IMG/VR virus record: IMGVR_UViG_3300022664_000125
Location: 1,362-65,361 of that record
Source: a virus
Reading direction: 5' to 3' (one strand)
DNA: 64,000 nucleotides
This document shows, one piece after another, positions 40,901 to 50,574 of the stretch. The translations under genes and the position numbers were made by a program. Under the pieces are notes generated by a model that did not search any database, was not told where the DNA came from, and was given only the letters and a program-made list of their open reading frames with translations. How positions within the stretch are numbered: the stretch's first letter is position 1; each line of letters begins with the position of its first letter.

Positions 40901-42702
40901 GATCTTATACGTTCTAATTGATTTGGCAATCCATTACCAACATAATCAAACGCTTTGTCTTGACCGGAAATATATAATCCAGCAGCTTTCGCCCATTCAT
41001 CTTTATCTTTTATTTTTGTGTAAGCTTCTCCGAAAAAATAGTCTCTTGTTTTACCAAGAGCTTCTTTACCTTTTTCAAATACTTTATGAGGAATAGCTGC
41101 AGCACCCTTGATAAATTTACCAGTTCCACGAACAAGATTACCAAGAGCATTCAATCCGGGAATATTAGTGATAGCCCCTGCTATTCCAGACATCATTCTA
41201 CTAAGAAATCCTTTTTCTTTAGTATACATTATGTTTTTATCAAATCCCATTCCAGTACGAATTGTTACAGCTTCAGATGCAATAGCTCGTTGAACGTCAA
41301 AGCTGGCAGATAAAATTGCTAACATTTTACCTTCATATGTTGGTGCCATTTGTAATATAGCTTTGGATGTTGTATGGAGTAGTCTAGTTTGATCAGCTGT
41401 TATTCCAAATTGCTCAGCTCGTTCTTTTAACATTTCTTTTTCATCTGAATATCCATATGCGTCTGCAATTCTACTAGTTTCACTCTTTGGTGTAATTATT
41501 TTACCTTGTAAAAGTCCAACACCAAAATTAACTAATTGAGCGATTGGATCATATTTTGCTTTAAAAGTATGTAATCCATGTTCTAATTTATCTAAAACCT
41601 TAGAAACTCCAGATCGATCATCTTCGCCAAGAATTTCTCGGCCGTATTCATCAGACATTCGATCTGTTCCTTTTTCTTTTTCCTGACGAATAAAATCATT
41701 TTCAGAATGATATTCGCCTCTAAGCCCAGCCATCTGCATATTCAATCGTTGCAATTCAGACAATTGGACTTGTTGAACCATAAATGATAATGTTTGTGGA
41801 TCAACTTTTCCACTACCAGCTAAAGTTAATATTCTGTTGAGAGCTGTTTGTGATGGAGATGGACTATAAAATCTTCTAGCAAATTTATCTGGAGGTTGTT
41901 GATTTGGTTGAAGTTTAGCCAATTTAATTGATTTATAAATTCCTAAACCAATCTGCGCACCCATCAAACCGAACATAACTCCTGAAGGTGAAGATAATAA
42001 GCCAGAAATTCCTTTGTCCAATAAACCAACACCGGAAGATAAAGATCCAGCAATTCCACCTTTTTTAGCTCCAGCGGCAATTGCTCCGGACACATGTCCA
42101 CCAGTGAGAAAATCTCCGAGATTTTTTGCTCCACCATAAGCAGAACTTAAAAGACCACCAGTATTTTCTCCTGCTGCCCCTTTTCCAAAAACATTCTTAA
42201 CTTGACCAGTTAAAAAATGTTCTAGACGTGGAGTGTGTTTGAGTAATCCAGATCCATAACCTAACATTTGTGCAGTATATCCCGGTAAAGTCATAAGATT
42301 ACGAAGACTACTTAAGCTATCAAGAAGTCTAGAAGCAGAACCAACTGCTCCCAATTGTTTAGCATACGATCTCTCATGTGCCAATCTTCTAGATTTGTAT
42401 CCTTCGGACAGAGCTCTTGGAAGAAGTACCGACAAACCACTTATTGCTCCAAGGGCTCCAGTGGCTTCAACTTTTGAAGCAAGACCTTTAGGACCAAATT
42501 TCTCAAGTAAAGGTCTAGCATACATTGGATCAGCAAACATTGCGCCCAACATTGTTGGATACATTAATTTTTTCTGCAATGGGCTAACAACAGATTTATA
42601 ATTCATATATTCTGATTCAGCTGCAGATCCTCTTGCCGTTACCATTGGTGCATATAATTGATTATTTAACCCTGGAATATTTCTTGTCATAATTAATATC
42701 AA
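34924..42702 (-). CDS. Tape measure protein with a lytic transglycosylase (SLT) domain
   Basis: 2592 aa; Gly-rich hydrophobic stretches; AKGGPV...VGEKGPE motif; AES-GFDPNAK...ASGLFQF...YAAHFMG SLT motifs. Confidence 0.85.
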   Translation of the reverse strand: MILIMTRNIPGLNNQLYAPMVTARGSAAESEYMNYKSVVSPLQKKLMYPTMLGAMFADPMYARPLLEKFGPKGLASKVEATGALGAISGLSVLLPRALSEGYKSRRLAHERSYAKQLGAVGSASRLLDSLSSLRNLMTLPGYTAQMLGYGSGLLKHTPRLEHFLTGQVKNVFGKGAAGENTGGLLSSAYGGAKNLGDFLTGGHVSGAIAAGAKKGGIAGSLSSGVGLLDKGISGLLSSPSGVMFGLMGAQIGLGIYKSIKLAKLQPNQQPPDKFARRFYSPSPSQTALNRILTLAGSGKVDPQTLSFMVQQVQLSELQRLNMQMAGLRGEYHSENDFIRQEKEKGTDRMSDEYGREILGEDDRSGVSKVLDKLEHGLHTFKAKYDPIAQLVNFGVGLLQGKIITPKSETSRIADAYGYSDEKEMLKERAEQFGITADQTRLLHTTSKAILQMAPTYEGKMLAILSASFDVQRAIASEAVTIRTGMGFDKNIMYTKEKGFLSRMMSGIAGAITNIPGLNALGNLVRGTGKFIKGAAAIPHKVFEKGKEALGKTRDYFFGEAYTKIKDKDEWAKAAGLYISGQDKAFDYVGNGLPNQLERIRSVLFDIYYVQDAMLQEMGGEVTKADERLIWSPTEKRYVTLKAAKELEESQKIQLEATRERAFREGPLGKMLFVADLLSTQAGKGFFNNLSQKITVGRSLERMHGAERLTREAEIALSGEPFTFETSRAMTEILADISSIKSTMATAVHSMAEIESERQLERTPESIGWQIRSALTVAGVVAGTLLGGPAGWVGAGAAGIAFLKARQEREKEIAEERERAIDTRNIVERGVEIQEEYFSKSFEERFGLDLLDKSNQNILQGLKKVTKHEQMIDQLKIIASYLGDKTGSVYELLEPGQRIAEVTIVDRDGKSIFVDNIMPPQITQQLLILKDIRDYLGGKPSSISNLLDPNQPDTAQVQVLNAAAKGGPVDKDKPMLVGEKGPEILMPRSAGMIIPNDQIDKFADGGTFKGEIFSKIYQKISDLVSINFDSLKLEIDQGKKEEKDAQQLTMMEKLQALRERLKEKEEKTWKDNVVLLLTGILKKPTEDASKEKKKEKSIWDWLLNPDFWKKLGIVTAIIGLGTAIWSLITKYDEIKKWVNDHIGDPLRRISDWLESHGMSFIEQLKLLGRGLIGAGVMVDSAEAGGLAKSKGFLRWLKGEKAPSVIETGKTFKQIQAENEALKIRQGPAVDKTYKPKSLKDIMTEVKRAKEIESRFELPKTPRELGEIIKQRRELRLAEEASKRPWGRIKGLARGFGQETKIIGTSITESGPVQTAKAIGEATSKIVKSTIQSIKGTAGTVGEKFTGVRAALADPKLGRAGTWITEKSGKVIEAGLKGFESIAKVFGNIQKTGIIDKFGKAIEWFGKGFSKILTPLKTFGKLLGRIAVPLQIIMTIFDFASDALEGYKEGGLMGGIKGFFLGPMKDDMETTLGQVGKYFGLGMLIGVAGGPLGMLVGGFAGATVGALISALKSAFMAYDEDGMGGFLKQLFTGDQEGGLLSAIKTAGPYAAIGAIAGIPFGGPIGMLIGGLVGAGIGGLIGWIGQWGLSDFVTNIGDSFANFITRSNNTIIDLFSGPGQKYGEMGAIEGSKLAFGIGPLIGGILGSVVDLFVNIGQFAGRVIQNLWIWAKNQGRKIPVIGKLIGGEEESYVTGDEDFAKDAQRAKDSKLARDQALENQNKGQEARKAMTAKEREVVLAKKKTAEAAVPSTPAGTPGGTPPPTVAASTSATPSGTETPKTSPTPTDTTTANVPSAPGSIASVLQEASAATGAPLGIMQKMAYAESGFDPNAKAKGSSASGLFQFIKDTWDTMLGRKGKKYGLSPDTSPFDARANALMGGESIQENIKSIQSSVLAPPPNAADVYAAHFMGADGAKQLFREIKKNPNTIAADVFPKAAKANRPIFYDEKGTPRTVRQIYEVLAQKMSTDPSAALAKAGTGLTAGEKVSEFGYKAGEKAKDIFGILGEFASKIKDAFMDALTRQFTGERIQKKPTDKKSEMKSLEAERDKYAKETSEQAQLDLAASKVSSTPHKMIENYVAERHLIILANKDFQNYYNTHLIASKKKGGKGSKLSTEDIKTAALMIAQKEFLNNPNAESIGMVANLPYKFNPDTAPFKEYLVDSKSSGTKKSEDEVAKGLRERAEKTAESEDKKDSNTTGASSKTADAAMAKSAPKIDKPIESGIGGIGKISNEELAKFQAMSDNDKFKYLEKNYPKGTPIPLNLRKEAKRLRYIDVVEPEKFGQEKNGAASENIVDAAGAKSTPIGMVANLPYKFNPDTAPFKEYLVDSKSSGTKKSEDEVAKGLRERAEKTAESQRLDNNVQQGFARLRAKREAELSGKSGENKNVAIAAGPGTNAAAAVGDELYKRSEVNNPWAKYWNGHYSASDQAVTEDIRSFQEQSPGGQRSFLKDFFDRGETPYPYLLDAAQKAGIVDKSGNLITEAAGSQYGAVKNPAQTTAGIKATADTMKTSPAETAKSDEASKQEVAKKLAQLQSTIKPASQKGALVGAGGSQSVPRASGNLGTSISGPIDDLLENLFNHTLLNDLNKIYPTSYAV
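35650..36302. repeat. Perfect 155-bp in-frame direct repeat inside the tape measure gene
   Basis: 35650-35804 equals 36148-36302; offset 498 bp (166 codons). Confidence 0.95.
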
Positions 42703-42725
42703 CCTCTTTTTATTTTTTTAGAAAA

Positions 42726-44690
42726 TTAATCAAATGGAGATATGATTGGCATAAATGTACGCCAATCATCAGTAGTAATTTGATCATCACCAGATTTTTG
42801 TTGTTGATGATATTGGTGAGTTAACATTTCATCTTCTTGTACTGTTCTTGGTTTGTCAATAAAACTACTAATTTGATTCTTATTATCCGCTTGAATTATT
42901 AATTTTGTATTCATTAATTCTGCTGTTGATTTAATACTTGAAAAGAAGTTCTGTGAAATTTGTACATTTGAATATTCTAGTAGCGGCGCGATCTGAAGTT
43001 GAGTCATTTTTCTGACATATGCACAAAAGCATGCGGCCATGAACATATCCGAAAAAGTGTTGCTCTTGATCGTACCACGATTACTTCGCTGAATTGCACT
43101 CATTTGACCAATTAAATCTTGTGATTTAATACGAGATGGATCTTCTATAATTGCATCATAAAATAATGAAACCATCAATTCTTTTGTTCTAGCGTTTGTA
43201 TTAATTCCATATTCGTGCTCAGTCATATCAACGTTTTGTCCTGGAATCTCACTCCTTCTCAAATCTTTATAAATGTAAGGAATATAATTAAAATTATTAA
43301 CATGAAACAATAAATGCTCAACAATAGCTTTACCAATTGAGTTATTTTCAATACCTAATAAAATTCTCGACCCAACAATTTTATAAAGCCATTTAAAGAG
43401 ATCATCAACGACTTCCCCATATTTAACTAGAGATCCCAATCGAACATTCATTTCCCCAATTTGTTGAAAATCTTTATAAGAGAATATTTCAATTGAATTA
43501 AAAGCACCTTTAATAGAGCTTGCCGTATCAACACCAATTAAATAATAATCTTTTTGATCAAAATTAGAAGTAAATAGATCCAATTTAGTTTGATGTTTAA
43601 GATTAACGGCAGAATCTCTATTAATGAAAATCATTCGTTGAAGTGTATTATCATCGAAGATGCAGTTCGCACCACCAACAAATAATAAATCAAGTTCCTG
43701 ATTAATTTTTCGTTGGTTAAAATTCAATTCTTTCTTCTGTTTCTCATACCAATCAAGATTTTTTGTTTGATCTTCAGACCAATGATATTTGACTCTAATG
43801 AAACTATTTTTAGAAGGATCATTAACAATATCATCAGATGAATCTGCCCAATCTTCCACACCAGTTTCATCATCTAATATAAATAAATTATCAGATTCAA
43901 CTGCTCTATCATACATTTCGTAGAAAAATTTTCCATCATCCTCAACCCCGTTAGGTGTCGATGTCATAAGAATCATATACGGATAACAATTTCGTATTGC
44001 CTGTTCTCTCGCTTTAGAAAGAGTTGGCTGAGCTGCACCATATATCTCCTCCATGTGTGGAATAAACGCAACTTCATCGGCATAAATTACAGGTACGGAT
44101 AGAGAACGAGACAATGTATCTGGTGAAGCTGTAGTAGAAGGATAGAATGTGTCCACTCTTGACCCGTTTACTAATTCTAAATATGTCTTTATCTCACTTT
44201 TAGAAAGGTTTGGAACTTTCATCCACGGTGGAAGATTCTTCATTATAAATTTAATTTTCTTAAGATTTTCTTGAGCCGCCATTTTTTGAAAGTTAAAGAT
44301 AGCGGCACGATTCGATGGAAAAAATGTCAAAGCCCATGATAGAATACCTGCAGCTATCGTTGATTTTCCCAATTGTCTTGAGGCCATCAAGATCACCATG
44401 TGATATCTAAATATAGTTCTTACAGTTCTTCTAAATTTAGCATGCATATATTCTTTCGAATATAGTTGTTTTCCACCAAATTCTTGAAAATACACATAAT
44501 TAAGAATAAAATAAAGAGGGTTCTGACGACACTTTATCCATTCAGAAACTCTCTCTTCAGTTATATCTATTCCATTTGTCTCTTGGATTGTATTCAATGT
44601 CTGCTTATCAATATTTAATAAATTTGATAATATTATTGAACTTTGATCCGTAACTCCTGGACTTATTTGCTGAGGAACATTTATTATCAT
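42726..44690 (-). CDS. terL: Terminase large subunit (T4 gp17-like)
   Basis: Walker A ASRQLGKS, Walker B IYADEVAF, coupling motif STPNG, nuclease IGVDTA and IENNSIG. Confidence 0.95.
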   Translation of the reverse strand: MIINVPQQISPGVTDQSSIILSNLLNIDKQTLNTIQETNGIDITEERVSEWIKCRQNPLYFILNYVYFQEFGGKQLYSKEYMHAKFRRTVRTIFRYHMVILMASRQLGKSTIAAGILSWALTFFPSNRAAIFNFQKMAAQENLKKIKFIMKNLPPWMKVPNLSKSEIKTYLELVNGSRVDTFYPSTTASPDTLSRSLSVPVIYADEVAFIPHMEEIYGAAQPTLSKAREQAIRNCYPYMILMTSTPNGVEDDGKFFYEMYDRAVESDNLFILDDETGVEDWADSSDDIVNDPSKNSFIRVKYHWSEDQTKNLDWYEKQKKELNFNQRKINQELDLLFVGGANCIFDDNTLQRMIFINRDSAVNLKHQTKLDLFTSNFDQKDYYLIGVDTASSIKGAFNSIEIFSYKDFQQIGEMNVRLGSLVKYGEVVDDLFKWLYKIVGSRILLGIENNSIGKAIVEHLLFHVNNFNYIPYIYKDLRRSEIPGQNVDMTEHEYGINTNARTKELMVSLFYDAIIEDPSRIKSQDLIGQMSAIQRSNRGTIKSNTFSDMFMAACFCAYVRKMTQLQIAPLLEYSNVQISQNFFSSIKSTAELMNTKLIIQADNKNQISSFIDKPRTVQEDEMLTHQYHQQQKSGDDQITTDDWRTFMPIISPFD

Positions 44691-44705
44691 TTTCGCCTCC
44701 GATTT

Positions 44706-44751
44706 TATCGGCAAGATCTCTTATAAAAAACAATAAGAGATCTTGCCGATA
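44706..44751. repeat. CGGCAAGATCT hairpin, copy 7
   Basis: TATCGGCAAGATCTCTTAT-8nt-ATAAGAGATCTTGCCGATA between the wedge and terminase genes. Confidence 0.9.
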
Positions 44752-44760
44752 TGAAACCTA

Positions 44761-47700
44761 CTACTCAATTGACATTACAATATCTAAATTTTCAACATCC
44801 CAATGAATCATAACAGGTGAATATTTTACAATATTTAATTTAGCTTTTAAATTTGATAAAATTGTATTATCTGCCAATACTTCTATTCCATTATCTACTT
44901 TATTTGGTGTAACAGAAGAATCTGTTACATAAACCTTTACAGACTTAACATATGATCTATTAGTGTGGACAAATTCAGTTATTAAACTATTATAAAAAAC
45001 AACATTTGGTCCTGAAAAACTCTTTTGCAAATACTCAGCAATAGCCAAAATCAAATTTTCTCTTTCAGTTGGTATATCTACTGAATTTCTCTGAATATAT
45101 GTTTTATCACATTTTACTTCAACTCTCATCTTAAATGGTAGCTTTATAACCGGTAAGCTAATCCAATTAGTTCCGTTCCACCGATAATAAATATTGGTAT
45201 CCGAATCTAAAACAAAATCTTGTTGTAATCCGGCTAAATAAATAGGAATATAAAAATCCCATCCAGATCCATTATAAGTTGCAATTTCATTATTATGACC
45301 CGTAAATGCACCAACCCCAGCAGTTCCTACTCTAAATCTCTGTCCGGTTAAAGCAACTGTTGGAGGAGTATTTATGGTATCAATTACAGGATCTAAATAA
45401 TTGTAATAGTCTTCTGAAAAAATTTCTCCACCTTGTAAAAATATAGCTTCAATGAAAGGAGATTCAATATAATAAGAATTTAATAATCTGCACTGAACAT
45501 TATCTGTCACCATTCTATTTTCATTAAAAACCGCGGTCGTAATGAAATTTCTAAATTTATCAAGGTAATAATCTGGATCAGTTGCGAAAGTAGTATTATA
45601 CATAACTGGAATATTAACGATATATGAATCTTGCCCAGATTGATACCTAACTAATGTTAATTGATCTGAAATGTCTTCTAATTGATAAAATTTATTAGTT
45701 GTATTTGTGAATTTAAGTGTAGTTAAAGGACCATTTAATACTGCCGGAACAGAATTGTCCCCAGTTAATCCTAATGCAGTTAAACATGTTGATCCAGTTA
45801 ATGCTATAAAAATATTTTGAACAGTTTCTGCACCGGCAAGAACTGGAGGAGTTAACTTGATTCTCACATTACCATTATCATCAGTATAAGATGAGGCGAT
45901 AGTACGACCAAATTGAGTATTGATTTCTGTAATCAGTGTCGCAGCTGTCACTGCAGCACCAGCTGTCATTGTGATTGTTGTAAATGATCCGGAATAAGGT
46001 GATGCATCATTAACTTTCACTTTTAGAACATTTGCACCAACTGTATTAAATGGACTATAATTATTTGTTAGAACAGAATCTGAAATTCCACATTTGATTT
46101 CTATTTGAATTTCACTTTCAAAAAGACCAAACGTGTCAGCGTTGTCATAGATGTAAGTGAATTCATTTTCAGACAATGGGAAACAGCTCATGCGCTTATC
46201 AACAATATTCAAATCTGCACCATAAATAGACACATTAAATACAAGATCACTAATGGTTTGATATGATTTAAGTCGAATAGTTGTCTCATAAGTCGTTTCA
46301 TCATAATCTAAATTAAGATAAACAACAGGAATATCAAAACCAGTTCCAATAATAGCTGGATCAAGAACAACATCTGCAAAGTCAATTCGAGATAAATCTT
46401 TTAATATATACCCAGCATAGTAATTCATTCGGGTATTTCCTTTATAGATAAAAGGGCTTATAAAAGATTCCGAATTTATTGTAAATGTTGGTCTATAATA
46501 TAATGGTTGAAGTTCGTAAGAAATTGGTTCAATGTCAGCTGTACCGGCCGTACCATCATCAGTGAATGTTACAGTTGGAGCATTCACCTCCCAATATTGA
46601 TCTCTAAATGTTGGAAATCTTCCATACACTCTATATTTCGTAGCGTATGGCACTGCTACCCAATCAATTTTTACAGAGTTGTCTGTTCCACTGGTAGTAG
46701 CTGTTACGACTACAGATGGTGCAGATTGTCCCCATTCATCAATTGCTACCACAAAATAGCCATAAGTATCATCAGAAAGTGATCCACCAGCAACTGGCGT
46801 TGCTGTCGGAACATATGCAATATCGGAAGTGGAATTTAAATCTAATACTTGTTCATTGTGATTAAGAGTATAACAAATTGATTGATTTCTATCCCGATAA
46901 GCTCGACATAGATGAAAAATATTATCAAACACATTAAACTTCTTAAAGAGAAATTTAAAATCATCAAAGTAATTAGCAGCAATATTATAAAAATCTTGCT
47001 GACTCATCATATTATCACGTGTTTGAATAAAATTAACAATTGCATCTCGTAAATCTTCACCACTCAGTGGATCTAATCCAGCTTCAGAATAATCAAAATC
47101 AACAAGTGGTTGCTGCGACACAGATGGTAATGAACTAGAGGGCGTTAAATCTCCAGCAGGCGTATACATATAATCATATGCTAATACATTGCCGATAATT
47201 TGAATTTTCAAATTTGTTTTATCAATAAGATTTCCAGAAGTACCTCTTGTAGATTTAATAACCAATCTAATCGAAGCCCCAGAAATCCAATTTCCTCTAA
47301 TCCCTGATCCAAATTCGAGAACATAATTTGTTGAAGTTATTTTTCTTAAGAAAACACTTTTGCTGTCTCCCTTTTCAAGGTATTTCGTATATTTTATTTG
47401 ATATTCTTCTTCAGCAACTGATCCAGATGGAATTACGAAAACTTGTAAATCCGAAAGATAATACCCAGCATCAATTCCGAAATAATATGTTTGAAATGAT
47501 CCAAAATTATACGGCTTGAGCACAAAGGATATTTCTTTTTGTGAATACTGTGTAGTAGAATAAAGTGGTACAGATATTGTTGAAGTAGATGATGGAATTG
47601 TTAACTTTGTACCATCTGCAGTAATAACATCTGCAGAATAATAATATAATCCATTGTCTTCAACTTCAATAAATTTATATATTGCATCAATGGTAAATTG

Positions 47701-48129
47701 AAAATTATCAATAAAAAATTTGGCATCTATTTGGGTAATAGTTCCAGAAGAACTACTATATCCCACAATAACCTCTCTTCGAACAACTCCATAAGGTCGA
47801 CGAGGTAGCCAATTTACCATATCAAACTCTATAGTTCCTACAGCAGAAGCTGCCGTAGCGAAAGTAGGGATATAACCATATGTTGATGCATGAATGTATT
47901 GGCTCTCTTCTGTTTGAGATGTTCCAATAAATGCTTCTTTAAAAAGACTATCATAATATTGTTTTAAATCAAAGTGAGTATATCCTAAAAGATTCATAAA
48001 AAAACCAACAAATCCAACTTTACTGATTTGTAGGTCAAATATTCCCAACTCTGTTTTTAATTGATCATAATAATAATTTACAAATTCCTCTGGAGTTGTA
48101 TAATTTAATGTTGGTAATAGATTTGCCAT
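44761..48129 (-). CDS. Baseplate wedge protein (T4 gp6-like) with Fn3-like and DUF2793-like insertions
   Basis: HASTYGYIP, LEFGSGIRG, GLDPLSGEDLR, QQDF motifs; GAFTGHNNEIATYNGSGWDF segment. Confidence 0.8.
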   Translation of the reverse strand: MANLLPTLNYTTPEEFVNYYYDQLKTELGIFDLQISKVGFVGFFMNLLGYTHFDLKQYYDSLFKEAFIGTSQTEESQYIHASTYGYIPTFATAASAVGTIEFDMVNWLPRRPYGVVRREVIVGYSSSSGTITQIDAKFFIDNFQFTIDAIYKFIEVEDNGLYYYSADVITADGTKLTIPSSTSTISVPLYSTTQYSQKEISFVLKPYNFGSFQTYYFGIDAGYYLSDLQVFVIPSGSVAEEEYQIKYTKYLEKGDSKSVFLRKITSTNYVLEFGSGIRGNWISGASIRLVIKSTRGTSGNLIDKTNLKIQIIGNVLAYDYMYTPAGDLTPSSSLPSVSQQPLVDFDYSEAGLDPLSGEDLRDAIVNFIQTRDNMMSQQDFYNIAANYFDDFKFLFKKFNVFDNIFHLCRAYRDRNQSICYTLNHNEQVLDLNSTSDIAYVPTATPVAGGSLSDDTYGYFVVAIDEWGQSAPSVVVTATTSGTDNSVKIDWVAVPYATKYRVYGRFPTFRDQYWEVNAPTVTFTDDGTAGTADIEPISYELQPLYYRPTFTINSESFISPFIYKGNTRMNYYAGYILKDLSRIDFADVVLDPAIIGTGFDIPVVYLNLDYDETTYETTIRLKSYQTISDLVFNVSIYGADLNIVDKRMSCFPLSENEFTYIYDNADTFGLFESEIQIEIKCGISDSVLTNNYSPFNTVGANVLKVKVNDASPYSGSFTTITMTAGAAVTAATLITEINTQFGRTIASSYTDDNGNVRIKLTPPVLAGAETVQNIFIALTGSTCLTALGLTGDNSVPAVLNGPLTTLKFTNTTNKFYQLEDISDQLTLVRYQSGQDSYIVNIPVMYNTTFATDPDYYLDKFRNFITTAVFNENRMVTDNVQCRLLNSYYIESPFIEAIFLQGGEIFSEDYYNYLDPVIDTINTPPTVALTGQRFRVGTAGVGAFTGHNNEIATYNGSGWDFYIPIYLAGLQQDFVLDSDTNIYYRWNGTNWISLPVIKLPFKMRVEVKCDKTYIQRNSVDIPTERENLILAIAEYLQKSFSGPNVVFYNSLITEFVHTNRSYVKSVKVYVTDSSVTPNKVDNGIEVLADNTILSNLKAKLNIVKYSPVMIHWDVENLDIVMSIE

Positions 48130-48159
48130 AATTTTTATAAGCTCCCTACAACACTATAT

Positions 48160-49242
48160 TTATATATTATTATTTTTTATATTAAAAATTTCCTGAAACC
48201 CATTTGCCTTTGCTACCCCTTGTACACTTCCCCACATACTTTTCACACCACTAACAGTGCTTCCAACGATTCCACCAAGTTTAGCAGCATTGCCTGTTAG
48301 ATTTTTTAAAGCTCCAGATGTTGATCCTAAAGCTGTATTTAATACTCCACCAAGAAATCCACCAAACATTCCACTCCCATCTTGTGAAGCAAATTTTTGA
48401 ACAACTTCATCTAACTCATCAAAAAGCCAGTGTCTAGTTCCGCTAATTGCTGTGTTCTCAGTATATAAAGCCTCTCTATAACCACTACATGAGTATGTAA
48501 ATGGTAAAGTAACCATTTCATTTGTTGTTCTTGACCCAATAAGTTCTTTATTCGGCAAGCTCTGGGGGAAGACTCCGACACATTTACTCACAAAAGTAAC
48601 AGTTTGCATGTCTGGACGATACTTCACAATATAAAAAGAAGCAGCATAATCTATTGAACTATATAATTCTTTTGCATCACTAAATTCAGATTCTTCTGGA
48701 CTAGTATAATATCCCGGATTTGGTTCAATGGTTCCTTCTAAAATTTCTCGAATATATTCAATCCAAATATGATGAAACATATATATATCTAGTTGTCGAT
48801 TATCAATAAATGTAATAGAGCATGTATCAGTTTCTGATACTTCTGATGCTATCGGAACAGCACCACTTCGTAATGAAATATTTTCTGATCGTATTTGACT
48901 TTGCGGTGGAGTAAAATCTATTGCAGCAAATGTCATAATTTTACCAACAATATTCATGTAACTGTCTTTATCATCTTGACTATAATGATTTGAACTACTT
49001 AAATAATCATATCCAGATAAATGTGGTGGAATGAAGAACACTAAAGTATAACCATTAATATCAGGTGCGAAATCCCGATACAGTTGTTGGTAAAAATATT
49101 TTATTACATCGCTTTTTGGTGAAGTAAATACAGTATTTAAATATGATACTAAATCTGCCCCTTCATATCCAAACATATCACCCATTATACTTCCACCGGA
49201 ATTTTTAAATATTCCACTTGTTACATCTTGAATTATTCCCAT
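48160..49242 (-). CDS. Tail tube-like protein (second paralog)
   Basis: PDINGY, FTPP, SITFID, GVFPQSLP and LPFTYS align with motifs of 8332..9153. Confidence 0.65.
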   Translation of the reverse strand: MGIIQDVTSGIFKNSGGSIMGDMFGYEGADLVSYLNTVFTSPKSDVIKYFYQQLYRDFAPDINGYTLVFFIPPHLSGYDYLSSSNHYSQDDKDSYMNIVGKIMTFAAIDFTPPQSQIRSENISLRSGAVPIASEVSETDTCSITFIDNRQLDIYMFHHIWIEYIREILEGTIEPNPGYYTSPEESEFSDAKELYSSIDYAASFYIVKYRPDMQTVTFVSKCVGVFPQSLPNKELIGSRTTNEMVTLPFTYSCSGYREALYTENTAISGTRHWLFDELDEVVQKFASQDGSGMFGGFLGGVLNTALGSTSGALKNLTGNAAKLGGIVGSTVSGVKSMWGSVQGVAKANGFQEIFNIKNNNI

Positions 49243-49254
49243 ATTTTTTCTCCA

Positions 49255-49292
49255 TTATCCGGCAAGATCTTAAGCTAGATCTTGCCGGATAA
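49255..49292. repeat. CGGCAAGATCT hairpin, copy 8
   Basis: TTATCCGGCAAGATCT-taagct-AGATCTTGCCGGATAA. Confidence 0.9.
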
Positions 49293-49302
49293 AACTTTTA
49301 AA

Positions 49303-50547
49303 TCACATAATATCAACTAATCCTTGACAATTATGCTTCTTTAAATTATAAATCAATCCATACAAAACAACATTACAAATCTGCATCTGTTGAGCTTTTC
49401 CATAATTATCAAAATCTAACATCAAATCTTCTTTAAAGATTTTAGAAGACAATCCGTTTAAAATTTTCTGCATTTTACGAATTTCTTCAGTATTCTTTGA
49501 TGAAATAATATTTCGTTTCACATTTACCATAAAATCTTTATTACAAATATCATTCTTGTCAGAAACGTTTGTACGAGATAAAATAATTGATAATGCATCA
49601 TGAATCATATCATAGTTTTTATGATTATGCAAAGCAGATAACATGGTTTCAATAACTTTTGTAGATACTTTTGTTGCTTTGTTTATTTCCATAACAAATG
49701 AGTTCGGGTATTGTGCTTTAGCATTCATGGAAATAAAATCAGCTGTAGATGTGACTATTTCATCTCTATTATGAATAGTTGAATATTGATCAAATCCAGT
49801 TTCTTCATCATCACCTTTAATAATTGTTGGAGTTGTTAAAAACAATCCATTCTCTTTAGCTTTCATATACAATGGCAATAAACCACCTTGCGCTCTTTTC
49901 TCGCCAGAAGCCGCATCTATTACTGGATTAAAAACAAACAACTGATCAATTCTCGCCCAACTTTGCATAAATAATTGTCGCAATCTATATACATCTTTTG
50001 CAATCTCTGGACGATATTTCTTCATCAAAGTTGTAACATAATAATCTTTCAAAAGTGCTAGCGGCGAATCAAACTTCGTAACATTATGTTTTTTATTAAC
50101 CAAATGAGCTACGACATATTTCATAACTCTTTTATCACAATATTTAATATATGCATATTTTCGACCATTCCAAAGTTTCTGTAATAGTAAAAATAAGGAA
50201 TTGTTAATCATTTGATCATCATTCTTTTTAATTCCATAATAAACTAGCAGCAGCAATATTTGATAATATGAATCATTATACATGATCGCATTGTTTGGAA
50301 ATTTCCAATCAGCTTGAAATGCATTTCCTACTGTTTTAGGATCAAGCTGTAATAATGTAAAAAGATTCATCACTGCTGTTGTTGGAATGGTGAATTTGTA
50401 ACAATACCCCTCATCAGAGTTCATAGCCTGTGTGTATGTGGTAGATATTAATCTACTTAACTCACCATGAAGTTTTGTTCGTAGATTTGGATTTGCTTGA
50501 ATTGTTTTATCTAATTGATTATAAATTGTCAATACTTGATTGCTCAC
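49303..50547 (-). CDS. Hypothetical protein
   Basis: 414-aa ORF with AGGAG RBS. Confidence 0.75.
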   Translation of the reverse strand: MSNQVLTIYNQLDKTIQANPNLRTKLHGELSRLISTTYTQAMNSDEGYCYKFTIPTTAVMNLFTLLQLDPKTVGNAFQADWKFPNNAIMYNDSYYQILLLLVYYGIKKNDDQMINNSLFLLLQKLWNGRKYAYIKYCDKRVMKYVVAHLVNKKHNVTKFDSPLALLKDYYVTTLMKKYRPEIAKDVYRLRQLFMQSWARIDQLFVFNPVIDAASGEKRAQGGLLPLYMKAKENGLFLTTPTIIKGDDEETGFDQYSTIHNRDEIVTSTADFISMNAKAQYPNSFVMEINKATKVSTKVIETMLSALHNHKNYDMIHDALSIILSRTNVSDKNDICNKDFMVNVKRNIISSKNTEEIRKMQKILNGLSSKIFKEDLMLDFDNYGKAQQMQICNVVLYGLIYNLKKHNCQGLVDIM

Positions 50548-50574
50548 AATATACTCTCCTTTTATAATAAAAAA

